Shown: positions 1 to 9,372 of the stretch, piece by piece
Position numbering within the stretch: position 1 is the stretch's first letter
How the letters are laid out: every line of letters begins with the position of its first letter
Assembly: GCA_018399635.1 (NCBI GenBank)
Contig: JAGYOH010000015.1
Coordinates: 10,880 to 74,879, forward strand
DNA: 64,000 nucleotides
Reading direction: 5' to 3'
From: Clostridia bacterium
GTDB lineage: Bacteria > Bacillota > Clostridia > Peptostreptococcales > Acidaminobacteraceae
The notes under the pieces: model-generated
What the model saw: only the letters and a program-made list of their open reading frames with translations
What the model was told of the DNA's origin: nothing
Databases searched by the model: none
Position numbers and translations under genes: made by a program

Positions 1-1605
1 CCCGATGAGATCCACCAGCATGCCCCGCTTCAAGACTCCGACCCGGTCTCCCATATTGAAGCCGATGGCATCCAGGACTCTTTGTTCCAGAAGGAATTTG
101 ATTTTCAAGTGTTCCCCCCCCTGCCCCACCTGGCGCAGGCTTTCGATTCGAACCCCTTCAATCAGCACCCCCGGCCGGGGATTGGCGATGCCGAAGGGAG
201 CCAGCTTTTCAATCTGGTCGAGGAGTTCCCGGTGGATCTGACCTGACCCCAGGATGGCGATATAGCTGAATTTCCTGACCTGGTCCCGGGGAGCAAGATG
301 GTCCCGGGTGTACCGGGTCACTTGCTGCTTGAAGGCTTCAAAATCCTCTTTCCTGACCTTGAGGCCGGCGGCATGCTGGTGGCCGCCGTAGGATTCAATG
401 GTTTCCTTCGCGGCGTCGAGAGCCTTCAGCAGGTTGAAATCACCGAGGCTTCGGCCCGACCCCTTGAGGTGGTCCCCCTTGTCACTGAAAACCAGGGCCG
501 GCCTGTTCAAGGCTTCCACAAGCCTTGAAGCGACGATGCCCACGACCCCCTCATGAAAGGACCCATGGGAAACGATAATCATGGGCGCGTTGGAATCCGC
601 CAGTTTCAAGGCCCTGTCCTTCATGTCACCTTCGAGGCGCTTGCGGTCCTCGTTGATGGCATCGAGTTCCTTTGCAAGGGCCATGGCCTCCTCTGGCTCC
701 GTGGTTTGAAGCAGTCTGAGGGCCTTCATGGCTGAATCAAGCCGACCCGAGGCATTGAGGACCGGGGCGATGCGAAAGGCGATATCAGAAGCACTCACCC
801 TGGCCGGATCAATCCCCTTGACCTCGAGCAGGGCTCTGAGCCCCGGCTTTTTCACCTGGGGAACCGCCTTGAGGCCGCAGGAGACAATGATTCGGTTCAG
901 TCCCTCAAGGGGCATCAAGTCCGCCACGGTGCCGATGCAAGCCAGGGCGAGGGTGTCCGGCGGAATAATCCGGCCGGTGGCCTCTTCCAGTTTGATGATC
1001 ATGGCCAGGGCCACGCCGACCCCCGCCAATCCCTGGAAGGCACCGGGGTCGAGCTTGGGATTCACGATGATTCCCCCGGGCAGGACTTCCTTGGGCTCGT
1101 GGTGGTCGGTGATGATCACCCGCCTGCCCTCCGCCAGAAGAAAGGCCGCCTCCTTCACCGAGGTGATGCCGCAATCCACGGTGATCAGAATCTCAAAGGG
1201 ATCTTCAATGGCTTCAAGGGCCTCAAGACTCAGGCCGTATCCCTCATCCACCCGGTGGGGGATGAAGGTCTTCACCCCGGCCCCCAGGGCGGTCAGATAA
1301 TCCGACAGAATGGTGGTGGCGGTGATGCCGTCCACGTCATAATCCCCGTAAATCAAAAAACGGTCCCCTTGCCTGATACCCTGGAGAATCACTCCCACCG
1401 CCTCATCCATCATGGCAAAAGAGGACTGCGCCTTGACCTGATGAAAATCCGGTTCAAGAAATCTTGTCACCTCGGCCAGGTCCGGCAGGTTCTTGTAGGC
1501 GAGATAAGCGGCCACAGGCAAAAATAGGCCCCCTTCGAGGGCCAATTTTTCGGCGTGATTCCGGTCAAAATCGAGGGAATACCACCAGTGTTCGTGAATC
1601 TTCAT
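1..1605 (-). CDS. recJ: single-stranded-DNA-specific exonuclease RecJ (first 535 codons; 3' end runs off the left edge)
   Basis: Absent from the ORF track because no stop lies in the window. My translation from the ATG at 1605 gives MKIHEHWWYSLDFDR...FLIYGDYDVDGITATTIL...ILITVDCGITS...VIITDHHEP (DHH-family motifs). ATGA start/stop overlap with the upstream ORF; GAGG SD. Confidence 0.9.
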   Translation of the reverse strand, partial: MKIHEHWWYSLDFDRNHAEKLALEGGLFLPVAAYLAYKNLPDLAEVTRFLEPDFHQVKAQSSFAMMDEAVGVILQGIRQGDRFLIYGDYDVDGITATTILSDYLTALGAGVKTFIPHRVDEGYGLSLEALEAIEDPFEILITVDCGITSVKEAAFLLAEGRRVIITDHHEPKEVLPGGIIVNPKLDPGAFQGLAGVGVALAMIIKLEEATGRIIPPDTLALACIGTVADLMPLEGLNRIIVSCGLKAVPQVKKPGLRALLEVKGIDPARVSASDIAFRIAPVLNASGRLDSAMKALRLLQTTEPEEAMALAKELDAINEDRKRLEGDMKDRALKLADSNAPMIIVSHGSFHEGVVGIVASRLVEALNRPALVFSDKGDHLKGSGRSLGDFNLLKALDAAKETIESYGGHQHAAGLKVRKEDFEAFKQQVTRYTRDHLAPRDQVRKFSYIAILGSGQIHRELLDQIEKLAPFGIANPRPGVLIEGVRIESLRQVGQGGEHLKIKFLLEQRVLDAIGFNMGDRVGVLKRGMLVDLIG

Positions 1606-1934
1606 TCAACCGCCTCTGGATTCTCCGGTGGTGTCGGTGCTTCATTCGGGGTCATGGCCTTGGCCAGGGATTCATTGGATTTGAGGAGTTGGTTTTCCAG
1701 GTCCTTCACTTGCCGGTTCAAGGCTTTGATTTTCATGGCAGCCCTGGCCTTGGTCACCAGGTCCAGCAAGAACACCACGATCGCGCCGGTAACGGCGGAA
1801 ACCAGAATCACCACGGCCTGGGACAACTCGAAGGATTTGAAAACAAAACTGATGGTGACGGTTCCTGAATTGGCCAAGGCAAAAATGGTGATGATGATCG
1901 CGAAAATCATGGAGAAAATAAACGTTACCTGCAT
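1602..1934 (-). CDS. small LapA/DUF1049-domain membrane protein
   Basis: MQVTFIFSMIFAIIITIFALANSGTVTISFVFKSFELSQAVVILVSAV... has two TM helices and a coiled-coil tail, matching the LapA-domain pattern as I recall it. The ATG at 1934 has a GGTGGA SD; the track start at 1943 is GTG. Confidence 0.6.
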   Translation of the reverse strand: MQVTFIFSMIFAIIITIFALANSGTVTISFVFKSFELSQAVVILVSAVTGAIVVFLLDLVTKARAAMKIKALNRQVKDLENQLLKSNESLAKAMTPNEAPTPPENPEAVE

Positions 1935-1943
1935 TCTTTCCAC

Positions 1944-2819
1944 CTAACCTTTCCTTTTAGCCCCCCGCCTCATATCCTTGATGGTCGCCCAGAGCGGGCT
2001 GGCGATAAAGATTGAGGAGTATGTGCCCACCAGCACCCCTGTCATCAATGGCAGGGCGAATTCCTTGATGGCCTCCACCCCCAGCACGTAAAGACTGCCG
2101 ATGACCAGCAGAGTGGTCAGGGAGGTGTTGATACTGCGGGTCAGGGTCTGTTTGAGGCTGCGGTCGGCAACCTCCTTGTAGCTCTCCCTCCCCATGGTTT
2201 TCACATTTTCCCTCACCCGGTCGAAGACCACGATGGTGTCGTTGATGGAATACCCCACTATGGTGAGGACCGCCGCGATGAAGGAAGAATTGATGGGAAT
2301 CTGGAAGATGACGAAGACCGACAAGAGAATCAGCACGTCATGGATGAGGGCGATGATGGCGGTGACGCCGTAAATCAGTTCAAAACGGAAGGTGATATAG
2401 AGCAGCATGCCGATGGAAGCAAAGAGGATCGAACTCAAGGCCTTGCCCTGAAGCTCCTGGCCGATGGCGGGCCCGAATTGTTCCGCCTCGAGAAAATCCT
2501 CCGTTGTCAGGTCATAGGCCTCCGACAGGGTGTTGAAGACCGCCATTCTCTGGGTGTTGTCGAGGGAAGCCTTGGTTTTGATGATGACCTGGGTGTCATC
2601 GAATCCCGCATGGATGATATCCGGTTCTAGAGCGAAGGGCTCGACGAGGGCTCTGATTTCACTGACTTCGAAGGCTTCTCCGATATTGACGTGGATCATG
2701 GTCCCCCCGGTGAAGTCGATTCCCAGATTGACCCCGGTGACCATGGCCATGACGCCTCCGATGAGGATGACCGCAAGGGACAGGGCCCCCCATAGTTTCA
2801 AATGGTGTGCGAACCGCAT
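1944..2819 (-). CDS. secF: protein translocase subunit SecF
   Basis: 291 aa with a typical SecF 6-TM sequence (GIDFTGGT, INDTIVVFDRVRE). ATGA overlap with the secD stop. Confidence 0.95.
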   Translation of the reverse strand: MRFAHHLKLWGALSLAVILIGGVMAMVTGVNLGIDFTGGTMIHVNIGEAFEVSEIRALVEPFALEPDIIHAGFDDTQVIIKTKASLDNTQRMAVFNTLSEAYDLTTEDFLEAEQFGPAIGQELQGKALSSILFASIGMLLYITFRFELIYGVTAIIALIHDVLILLSVFVIFQIPINSSFIAAVLTIVGYSINDTIVVFDRVRENVKTMGRESYKEVADRSLKQTLTRSINTSLTTLLVIGSLYVLGVEAIKEFALPLMTGVLVGTYSSIFIASPLWATIKDMRRGAKRKG

Positions 2820-4159
2820 CAGTTAGCCCCCCTTACGCCGAAATATTTTTTATGGTTGAAGGTCTTGATCAGGGCCAGGTTCTTAAGCAGCAGACGGGTG
2901 AAGACCACCGCCGTGAACATGCTGGTCAGAATCCCCAGCATCAGGGTGATGGCGAATCCCTGGATCGGTCCCTCCCCGAAGTAGTAGAGCACCAGGGCCG
3001 CGATGAAGGTGGTGATGTTGGAATCCACGATGGTGCGGAGTCCTTGTCTGAAGCCGGCATCGATGGAGGCTCTCACGGTCTTGCCCACGGAAAGCTCTTC
3101 CTTGATGCGTTCGTAGATGATGACATTGGCATCCACCGCCATCCCGATGGAGAGGACGATACCCGCCATGCCCGGCAGGGTCAGGGTGGCCTTGAGACCG
3201 GTCAGTAAAAAGAGCAGGATCAGGGCGTAGAGGACCAGGGACAAACTGGCCACCACCCCGGGCAGCCGATAAAAGCCGATCATGAAGATCACCACCAGCA
3301 GGAATCCGATGCCTCCGGCATAAATACTGTATTTCAGTGCATCGATTCCCAGGGTCGGACCGATGAGATTGGTCTGCACCTCCACCAGGTCGATGGGCAG
3401 CGCCCCGCCCCGGATCAGGGAGGCCAGGGTCACGGCATAATCAAAGTTGAAGGAACCGGTGATGATGGCCTCGCCATTGGGAATGATGGTCGAGGTATAG
3501 GGTGCGGAAATAACGGCGTCATCAAGAAGAATGGCGATCTGTCCTTCCCCGGCCCCGTATTTCACCACGGTTTCCGTGGCCTCCCGGAACTTCCTGGTCC
3601 CCTCCGTGTCGAACTCCAGGAAAACCGCAGGATTGCCGTACTCGTCACTCGTGGTGTTGGCATCCTCCACCATGTCTCCTGAAAGAATCAGTTCTCCGTC
3701 AAATTCATCGATGGTCATCCCGGTGATGGCGTAGGAGTCCTCCGCCACCCGGACGAATTTCAACTGAGCCGTTTTACCGATGGTCTCAGCCGCCTCCTGG
3801 ACATTGGAAACCCCCGGCAGTTCGATCCGGATCCGGTCTGTCCCCTGAATTGAAATATTGGGCTCGGTCAGTCCCAGCTGGTCGACCCGGCGGGCAAGGA
3901 CCTCCTTGGTCCGGCTCATGATCTGGGCCAGTTCGTCTCCTGTGGCGTCGGTCTGGGCTTCATAGACCACCACGACCCCACCCTCGATATCGAGGCCGAG
4001 CTTCATGGCCTCCTTCACGGGTCGGATCGGACCCAGTCCGTACAAGGCGACAAACAGCATTGCGACCATCACCGCCAGCATGATGACCGTCATCCATTTT
4101 CTATTTCCCACGATTGGTTTGAACCCCCTCTTGTGCGTATTCTTTCGATACTCTGACAT
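2819..4159 (-). CDS. secD: protein translocase subunit SecD
   Basis: 446 aa with SecD motifs (LGLDIEGG, LGPTLG, AVDANVIIYERIKEE). The start at 4159 overlaps the upstream CDS by 59 nt and lacks an SD. An alternative ATG at 4093 (MTVIMLAV...) lies 8 nt after that gene's stop. Confidence 0.93.
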   Translation of the reverse strand: MSEYRKNTHKRGFKPIVGNRKWMTVIMLAVMVAMLFVALYGLGPIRPVKEAMKLGLDIEGGVVVVYEAQTDATGDELAQIMSRTKEVLARRVDQLGLTEPNISIQGTDRIRIELPGVSNVQEAAETIGKTAQLKFVRVAEDSYAITGMTIDEFDGELILSGDMVEDANTTSDEYGNPAVFLEFDTEGTRKFREATETVVKYGAGEGQIAILLDDAVISAPYTSTIIPNGEAIITGSFNFDYAVTLASLIRGGALPIDLVEVQTNLIGPTLGIDALKYSIYAGGIGFLLVVIFMIGFYRLPGVVASLSLVLYALILLFLLTGLKATLTLPGMAGIVLSIGMAVDANVIIYERIKEELSVGKTVRASIDAGFRQGLRTIVDSNITTFIAALVLYYFGEGPIQGFAITLMLGILTSMFTAVVFTRLLLKNLALIKTFNHKKYFGVRGAN

Positions 4160-4631
4160 ATTTGAGTGCTGAGTCGGTCAATTCTTTGATTTCTTCCTCA
4201 GTCAAGCTTCTCACTACCTTACCCGGTGAACCGAGGACCATGGAATTCCTTGGAATCCGTTTGCCCCCCGTAACCAGAGCACCTGCCCCTATTATAACAT
4301 TTTCTTCGATATGTGCACCATCCAAAATGATGGCCCCCATGCCGATCAGGCAATTGTTCTCTATGGTGCAGGCGTGGACGATGGCCCCATGGCCGATGGT
4401 CACATCACTGCCGATGTAGACGCCGTAATCGTCCGCCTCATGGATGACGGTGAGATCCTGGACATTGGTCCGCTCACCGATGACCACCTCGTTGACATCG
4501 CCCCGGATCACCGCCCCGTGCCACACGCTGGCATCCTTGTGAATCGTCACCCGGCCCACCACGTCGGCGGTGGGGGCGATGTAGGCCTCCTCGTGGATCC
4601 GGGGCCCGTGGTGCAGATAGTTACCGATCAT
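4101..4631 (-). CDS. gamma-class carbonic anhydrase-like / left-handed beta-helix (hexapeptide) protein
   Basis: 176 aa. Hexapeptide repeats and the YrdA/PaaY-like pattern ...VIGDVxIGxxxSVWxxAVIRGD...IGxxTNVQD. AAGGAGGAGGG SD. Confidence 0.85.
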   Translation of the reverse strand: MIGNYLHHGPRIHEEAYIAPTADVVGRVTIHKDASVWHGAVIRGDVNEVVIGERTNVQDLTVIHEADDYGVYIGSDVTIGHGAIVHACTIENNCLIGMGAIILDGAHIEENVIIGAGALVTGGKRIPRNSMVLGSPGKVVRSLTEEEIKELTDSALKYVRVSKEYAQEGVQTNRGK

Positions 4632-5991
4632 GGTCTCCCTCCTCCTTGGTCATGATCCTGGCTTGCACATAGATGGCCGTCTCAATGCGTTTTTTCTCCA
4701 TTTCACAGCCGATCTCGTAGGGGATCGTGATATCGCCGTTGAAATTGTAGGCATTGGCATGACAGCCGCCGCTGCAGTAGAATCTCGCCCAGCAGCTTCT
4801 GCAGCTGGGTTTGTTGTAGATATGGGCGTTCTTGAAGGTCAGACTGATGTCCGCATCCCAGGTTTCCTCCAGAATATTGCCCATTTTCATCTCATCATTG
4901 CCCACGAACTGATGACAGGGATAGATGTCCCCCTCGGGGGTGACGGCGATGTATTCCGTACCGGCCCCGCAGCCGCTGAGCCGTTTGATGATGCAGGGCC
5001 CCTGTTCCAGATCCAGATTGAAATGGAAAAAGCTGAAGGCCTCTGGGGTCCCGTGGGTGCGGATCATCTCCTCGGCCAGCCGTTCATATTCGGAGAAGAT
5101 TTTCGGCAGGTCCTCCTCCTGGATGGCGTACTTCATCTGAGGCTCCGTCACCACCGGCTCCAGGGAGGTGCTCTTGAAGCCCAGGTCCCGGTAATGGAAG
5201 GCGTCCTCGGCAAAGTCCAGATTGAAACGGGTGAAGGTGCCCCGGATGAAGTAATCCTTGCTGCCCCGTTTCGCCACCATCGCCTTGAATTTCGGCACGA
5301 TGGTGTCATAGCTGCCTTCGCCTCTCAGGCCGGGTCGCATCCGGTCGTTGACACTTTTCCGGCCGTCAAGGCTCATGACCACGTTGTCCATTTCTTCATT
5401 GAGATAATCCATGATTTCCTCGTCGAGGAGGACCCCGTTGGTGGTCATGGTATAGCGGAAACGCTTGTTGTACAACGGCTCCAGGCTTCTGCCGTAGGCG
5501 GCGATTTCCTTGACCGCTTCAAAATTCATCAGGGGCTCTCCCCCGAAAAAATCCACCTCGAGGTTGTAGTGATTCCCGCTGTTTCTGGCCAGATAAGCCA
5601 GGGCCTTCTTTCCCATCTCGGCGCTCATGAGAGACCTCGATCCCTGGTAGTCCCCCTGGGAAGCGAAGCAGTAGCCGCACCTGAGATTGCAATCATGGGC
5701 GACATGAAGACACATGGACTTGATCACCGGTTTGCGGTTCTTGAACTGGATATTGTTCTCATAGGTGTCCGGGGTGAAAAGCTGCCCCGCCTTTTTGAGC
5801 GCTTCGATTTCCTCCAGGGCCTCCAGCACCGTGGCCTCGTTATAGAGGGCGGCGTACTTTTCCAGAAGGGCCGCCTTTCCGGCGTCGTAATCCCCGATCA
5901 GGCCGTAGACCAGGGGATCCACCAGGTGGATGGCCCCGCTGCTGATATCGAGGACGATATTCAAATCGTCCTTTTGAAATTGATGTATCAT
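4621..5991 (-). CDS. scfB: radical SAM/SPASM thioether-forming maturase for the SCIFF peptide
   Basis: 456 aa. CNLRCGYC radical-SAM cluster motif near the N-terminus. C-terminal Cys-rich SPASM region (CGAG...YPCHQF...CRSCWARFYCSGGCHA). It lies directly downstream of the SCIFF precursor. Confidence 0.9.
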   Translation of the reverse strand: MIHQFQKDDLNIVLDISSGAIHLVDPLVYGLIGDYDAGKAALLEKYAALYNEATVLEALEEIEALKKAGQLFTPDTYENNIQFKNRKPVIKSMCLHVAHDCNLRCGYCFASQGDYQGSRSLMSAEMGKKALAYLARNSGNHYNLEVDFFGGEPLMNFEAVKEIAAYGRSLEPLYNKRFRYTMTTNGVLLDEEIMDYLNEEMDNVVMSLDGRKSVNDRMRPGLRGEGSYDTIVPKFKAMVAKRGSKDYFIRGTFTRFNLDFAEDAFHYRDLGFKSTSLEPVVTEPQMKYAIQEEDLPKIFSEYERLAEEMIRTHGTPEAFSFFHFNLDLEQGPCIIKRLSGCGAGTEYIAVTPEGDIYPCHQFVGNDEMKMGNILEETWDADISLTFKNAHIYNKPSCRSCWARFYCSGGCHANAYNFNGDITIPYEIGCEMEKKRIETAIYVQARIMTKEEGDHDR

Positions 5992-6020
5992 CGTGTTCTC
6001 CTTTGATCATGACATAGAAA

Positions 6021-6039
6021 AAGCAGCCTTAAGCTGCTT
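6021..6039 (-). terminator. intercistronic stem-loop (possible partial terminator) between the SCIFF precursor and its maturase
   Basis: Minus-strand RNA AAGCAGC-UUAAG-GCUGCUU forms a 7-bp stem followed by UUUCU. It sits 10 nt after the precursor stop and about 30 nt before the maturase SD. Confidence 0.45.
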
Positions 6040-6048
6040 GTCCCTGGA

Positions 6049-6189
6049 TTATTTATTTTCGCAAGCTTGATTTCCTACGGTGCAGGATGTTTTGCACGCT
6101 GACTGGCAAGACGTCTGACATTCACCGCACCCCATGGTCGACCCGACTCGGTTGTGAGAACCCTTGGACAGTGTTTTGATATGCTTCAT
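6049..6189 (-). CDS. scfA: SCIFF (six-cysteine) ranthipeptide precursor, 46 aa
   Basis: Below the ORF-track size floor and found by hand: MKHIKTLSKGSHNRVGSTMGCGECQTSCQSACKTSCTVGNQACENK. SD AAGGAGGG lies 6 nt upstream. The core GCGECQTSCQSACKTSCTVGNQ.CE is the SCIFF signature as I recall it. Confidence 0.9.
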   Translation of the reverse strand: MKHIKTLSKGSHNRVGSTMGCGECQTSCQSACKTSCTVGNQACENK

Positions 6190-6216
6190 GGCTATCCCTC
6201 CTTACTTGACAAAAGT

Positions 6217-6225
6217 ATTATATCA
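6217..6225 (-). promoter_or_regulatory. extended -10 element (TGaTATAAT) for the SCIFF operon
   Basis: The minus strand reads ...catatGaTATAATacttttgtcaagtAAGGAGGgatagccATG. No clear -35. Confidence 0.4.
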
Positions 6226-6280
6226 TATGTCATCCCGCAATAAAATAAATTATTTCTTGGAACTTTCGGGTTTTTTGTGT

Positions 6281-6296
6281 AGTCTAATATTAGACT
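6281..6296. promoter_or_regulatory. perfect 16-bp palindrome AGTCTAATATTAGACT (candidate operator)
   Basis: Read directly from the sequence. It lies in the divergent intergenic region between the SCIFF operon and the lipoprotein gene. Confidence 0.4.
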
Positions 6297-6318
6297 TCTA
6301 TTTAAGCAGGTGATACTA

Positions 6319-7116
6319 ATGAACTTCAAACCGACAGGCCTTGCGATTCTTTTCCTATCAGGCATCATGGCTTTGACCGCATGCGCCCATCCCTCACAGC
6401 CCTCAGAAACCGACCCCGCCGATCCCCAGATCACCGCCTACCGGGAGTATCTTCAAATGCTCACAGACGGTGCCTCCCCCGACGTCATCGAGGAGGAACT
6501 GTCTATCCTGCTCATAGACCTGAATTCAGGCTTTCACGAACCCATGATTCTGGCCTACGAGGCCTATCTGAAATCAAGCCTGGCCCCGCCGGAGGAACCG
6601 CTTGAGATCGCTCTCATCGACTACGCCAGAATCAATCGGTTCAAGGAATATCTGTCCCCGGAACAACAGAGTTATTACGCGATTCTTGAATCGGAATACC
6701 GGTCCATGGATCTCAACGCCCCGGTGCTTTCAGCCGCCATTCCGAATCTGCTGGAAAAGGCCGTCCAGGTGGAGACCCACCTTCTGACCTACAAAGAGGG
6801 GCAGACCATGAACAAGAGCTATGAATTCTACGCCAGGTACCTTTACAGGGCCCTGCTGGCCAACGGCCTCTTCACGGAACTCATGGCCCCGGATTCTTCA
6901 AAACTTCGAGAGGACATCACCCTGAGCTACCGCGATTTCATCGCGGCTCATCCCGCAAGCCGCACCGCCTCCCTGGTCGCCGCCTATCTCGACATCATCG
7001 AGGAGAACCAGGGGAATCTGACGGCCGAAGCCGTCCAGGATTTCTACTTCAACTTCTATTCCTATCTGCGCTCCTATCTCTGGGACAACAGATCCCCGGA
7101 AGAAATCATTACGTAG
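6319..7116 (+). CDS. hypothetical lipoprotein
   Basis: MNFKPTGLAILFLSGIMALTAC has a signal peptide with an LTAC lipobox. AGGTGA SD before the ATG at 6319 (the track start at 6310 is GTG). I recognise no family. Confidence 0.7.
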   Translation: MNFKPTGLAILFLSGIMALTACAHPSQPSETDPADPQITAYREYLQMLTDGASPDVIEEELSILLIDLNSGFHEPMILAYEAYLKSSLAPPEEPLEIALIDYARINRFKEYLSPEQQSYYAILESEYRSMDLNAPVLSAAIPNLLEKAVQVETHLLTYKEGQTMNKSYEFYARYLYRALLANGLFTELMAPDSSKLREDITLSYRDFIAAHPASRTASLVAAYLDIIEENQGNLTAEAVQDFYFNFYSYLRSYLWDNRSPEEIIT

Positions 7117-7136
7117 GGTGACAAACCTCACAATTG

Positions 7137-7189
7137 AAAGTGCACCTTCCGTCCTGAAGAACAACCAGGATCGGGAGGTGCACTTTTTT
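7137..7189. terminator. long imperfect hairpin with a T-run between convergent genes
   Basis: AAAGTGCACCTTCCGTCCTG...CAGGATCGGGAGGTGCACTTTTTT. The T-run abuts the sfsA stop codon. Confidence 0.6.
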
Positions 7190-7889
7190 ATTCCGGATTT
7201 TCTAGAAATACGGGAATCCGCTTCACGATGACGACCTCCCCGGGGGTCACCCTCGTGGCATAAGCCAGGACTTCGACCCCCCCCTGCGCCGCCTCATTCA
7301 AGGCCCTGGCGAAGGCTTCATCCTTGAAATTGGGGGTGAAAAACCGGGGCTCCTCGAATTGAATGACAAAAAGCACCACCGCCCGGTAGCCCTCTTCCCT
7401 GGCCTTGACCAGTTCCCCCAGATGCCGGATCCCCCTCAGGGTCGGAGCGTCGGGAAAAGAAGCGATGCCCCGGTCCTCCAGAGTGACCCCCTTGACCTCC
7501 ATGAGACAGGGGGGGTGCAGGGGATTTTCAAGACGAAAATCCAGTCGGCTCGCCCCGAAATCGTACTCCCGTTTCACCACCCCATAGCCCCCGAGTTCCT
7601 GGATAAGACCCTTGCCCACCGCCTCTTCGGCCAGCCGGTTGGGCAGCTGGGAATCGATGCTGAAGAGCCGGTCTTCCTTGTAGATCATTCTGAGGGAATA
7701 CCGGTACTTGCGCTCTCCCCCCTCATGGAAGCTGAGGAGGACCCTTGTCCCGGGCAGGAGGAGCTCCGCCAGTCTTCCGGTATTCGGAATATGACAGCGG
7801 AGGGGGACTCCCTCCAGGACCACCTCCCCGACAAAGCGGTTGATTTTTTCAATGAAGGTCGCTTCTACGATTCTCAGATCCAGCTGCAT
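7188..7889 (-). CDS. sfsA: DNA/RNA nuclease SfsA (sugar fermentation stimulation protein family)
   Basis: MQLDLRIVEATFIEKINRFVGEVVLEGVPLRCHIPNTGRLAELL... is the typical SfsA N-terminus. The ATG at 7889 follows a GGAGGTG SD; the track start at 7907 is TTG. Confidence 0.9.
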   Translation of the reverse strand: MQLDLRIVEATFIEKINRFVGEVVLEGVPLRCHIPNTGRLAELLLPGTRVLLSFHEGGERKYRYSLRMIYKEDRLFSIDSQLPNRLAEEAVGKGLIQELGGYGVVKREYDFGASRLDFRLENPLHPPCLMEVKGVTLEDRGIASFPDAPTLRGIRHLGELVKAREEGYRAVVLFVIQFEEPRFFTPNFKDEAFARALNEAAQGGVEVLAYATRVTPGEVVIVKRIPVFLENPE

Positions 7890-7934
7890 GGCACCTCCAA
7901 GGGACAAAAAGAAAAGAAGACAGATACTGCCTTC

Positions 7935-8234
7935 TTACTCGATTTCTTCTACGGGTGTGTCCACCGTCGCTACCGCCCACTTCTTGAAGACCATTCTGAG
8001 CTTGTCCGCGCCGGTTTCCAGGGTGATGTCATCTTCGGTCACTTTAATGATTTTTCCCACCAGTCCACCGATGGTGGTGATTTTATCTCCTACTTTAAGG
8101 CTTGCCCGCATTTCTTTCAACTGCTTGCTTTTCTTTTGCTGGGGTCTCAGAAGCAAGAAATAGAATATTGCAAAGAGAACCACCAAATAGGCTATTGATC
8201 CCAGGTTTCCAGTCAAGGGTATCCCTCCTTTCAT
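7935..8234 (-). CDS. yajC: preprotein translocase subunit YajC
   Basis: ...FAIFYFLLLRPQQKKSKQLKEMRASLKVGDKITTIGGLVGKI... is the YajC signature. AAAGGAGGG inside the first codons suggests the real start may be the TTG at 8216. Confidence 0.9.
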   Translation of the reverse strand: MKGGIPLTGNLGSIAYLVVLFAIFYFLLLRPQQKKSKQLKEMRASLKVGDKITTIGGLVGKIIKVTEDDITLETGADKLRMVFKKWAVATVDTPVEEIE

Positions 8235-8250
8235 ACGATATTATTGTACC

Positions 8251-9372
<1,122 letters not shown>

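Noticed and set aside
4630-6006. 458-aa plus-strand ORF
   Set aside because: It is exactly antisense to the radical SAM maturase gene. Its composition is Gly/Asp/His/Val-rich and repetitive, with no recognisable motifs and no SD. This is a typical shadow ORF in a G+C-rich third-position-biased gene.
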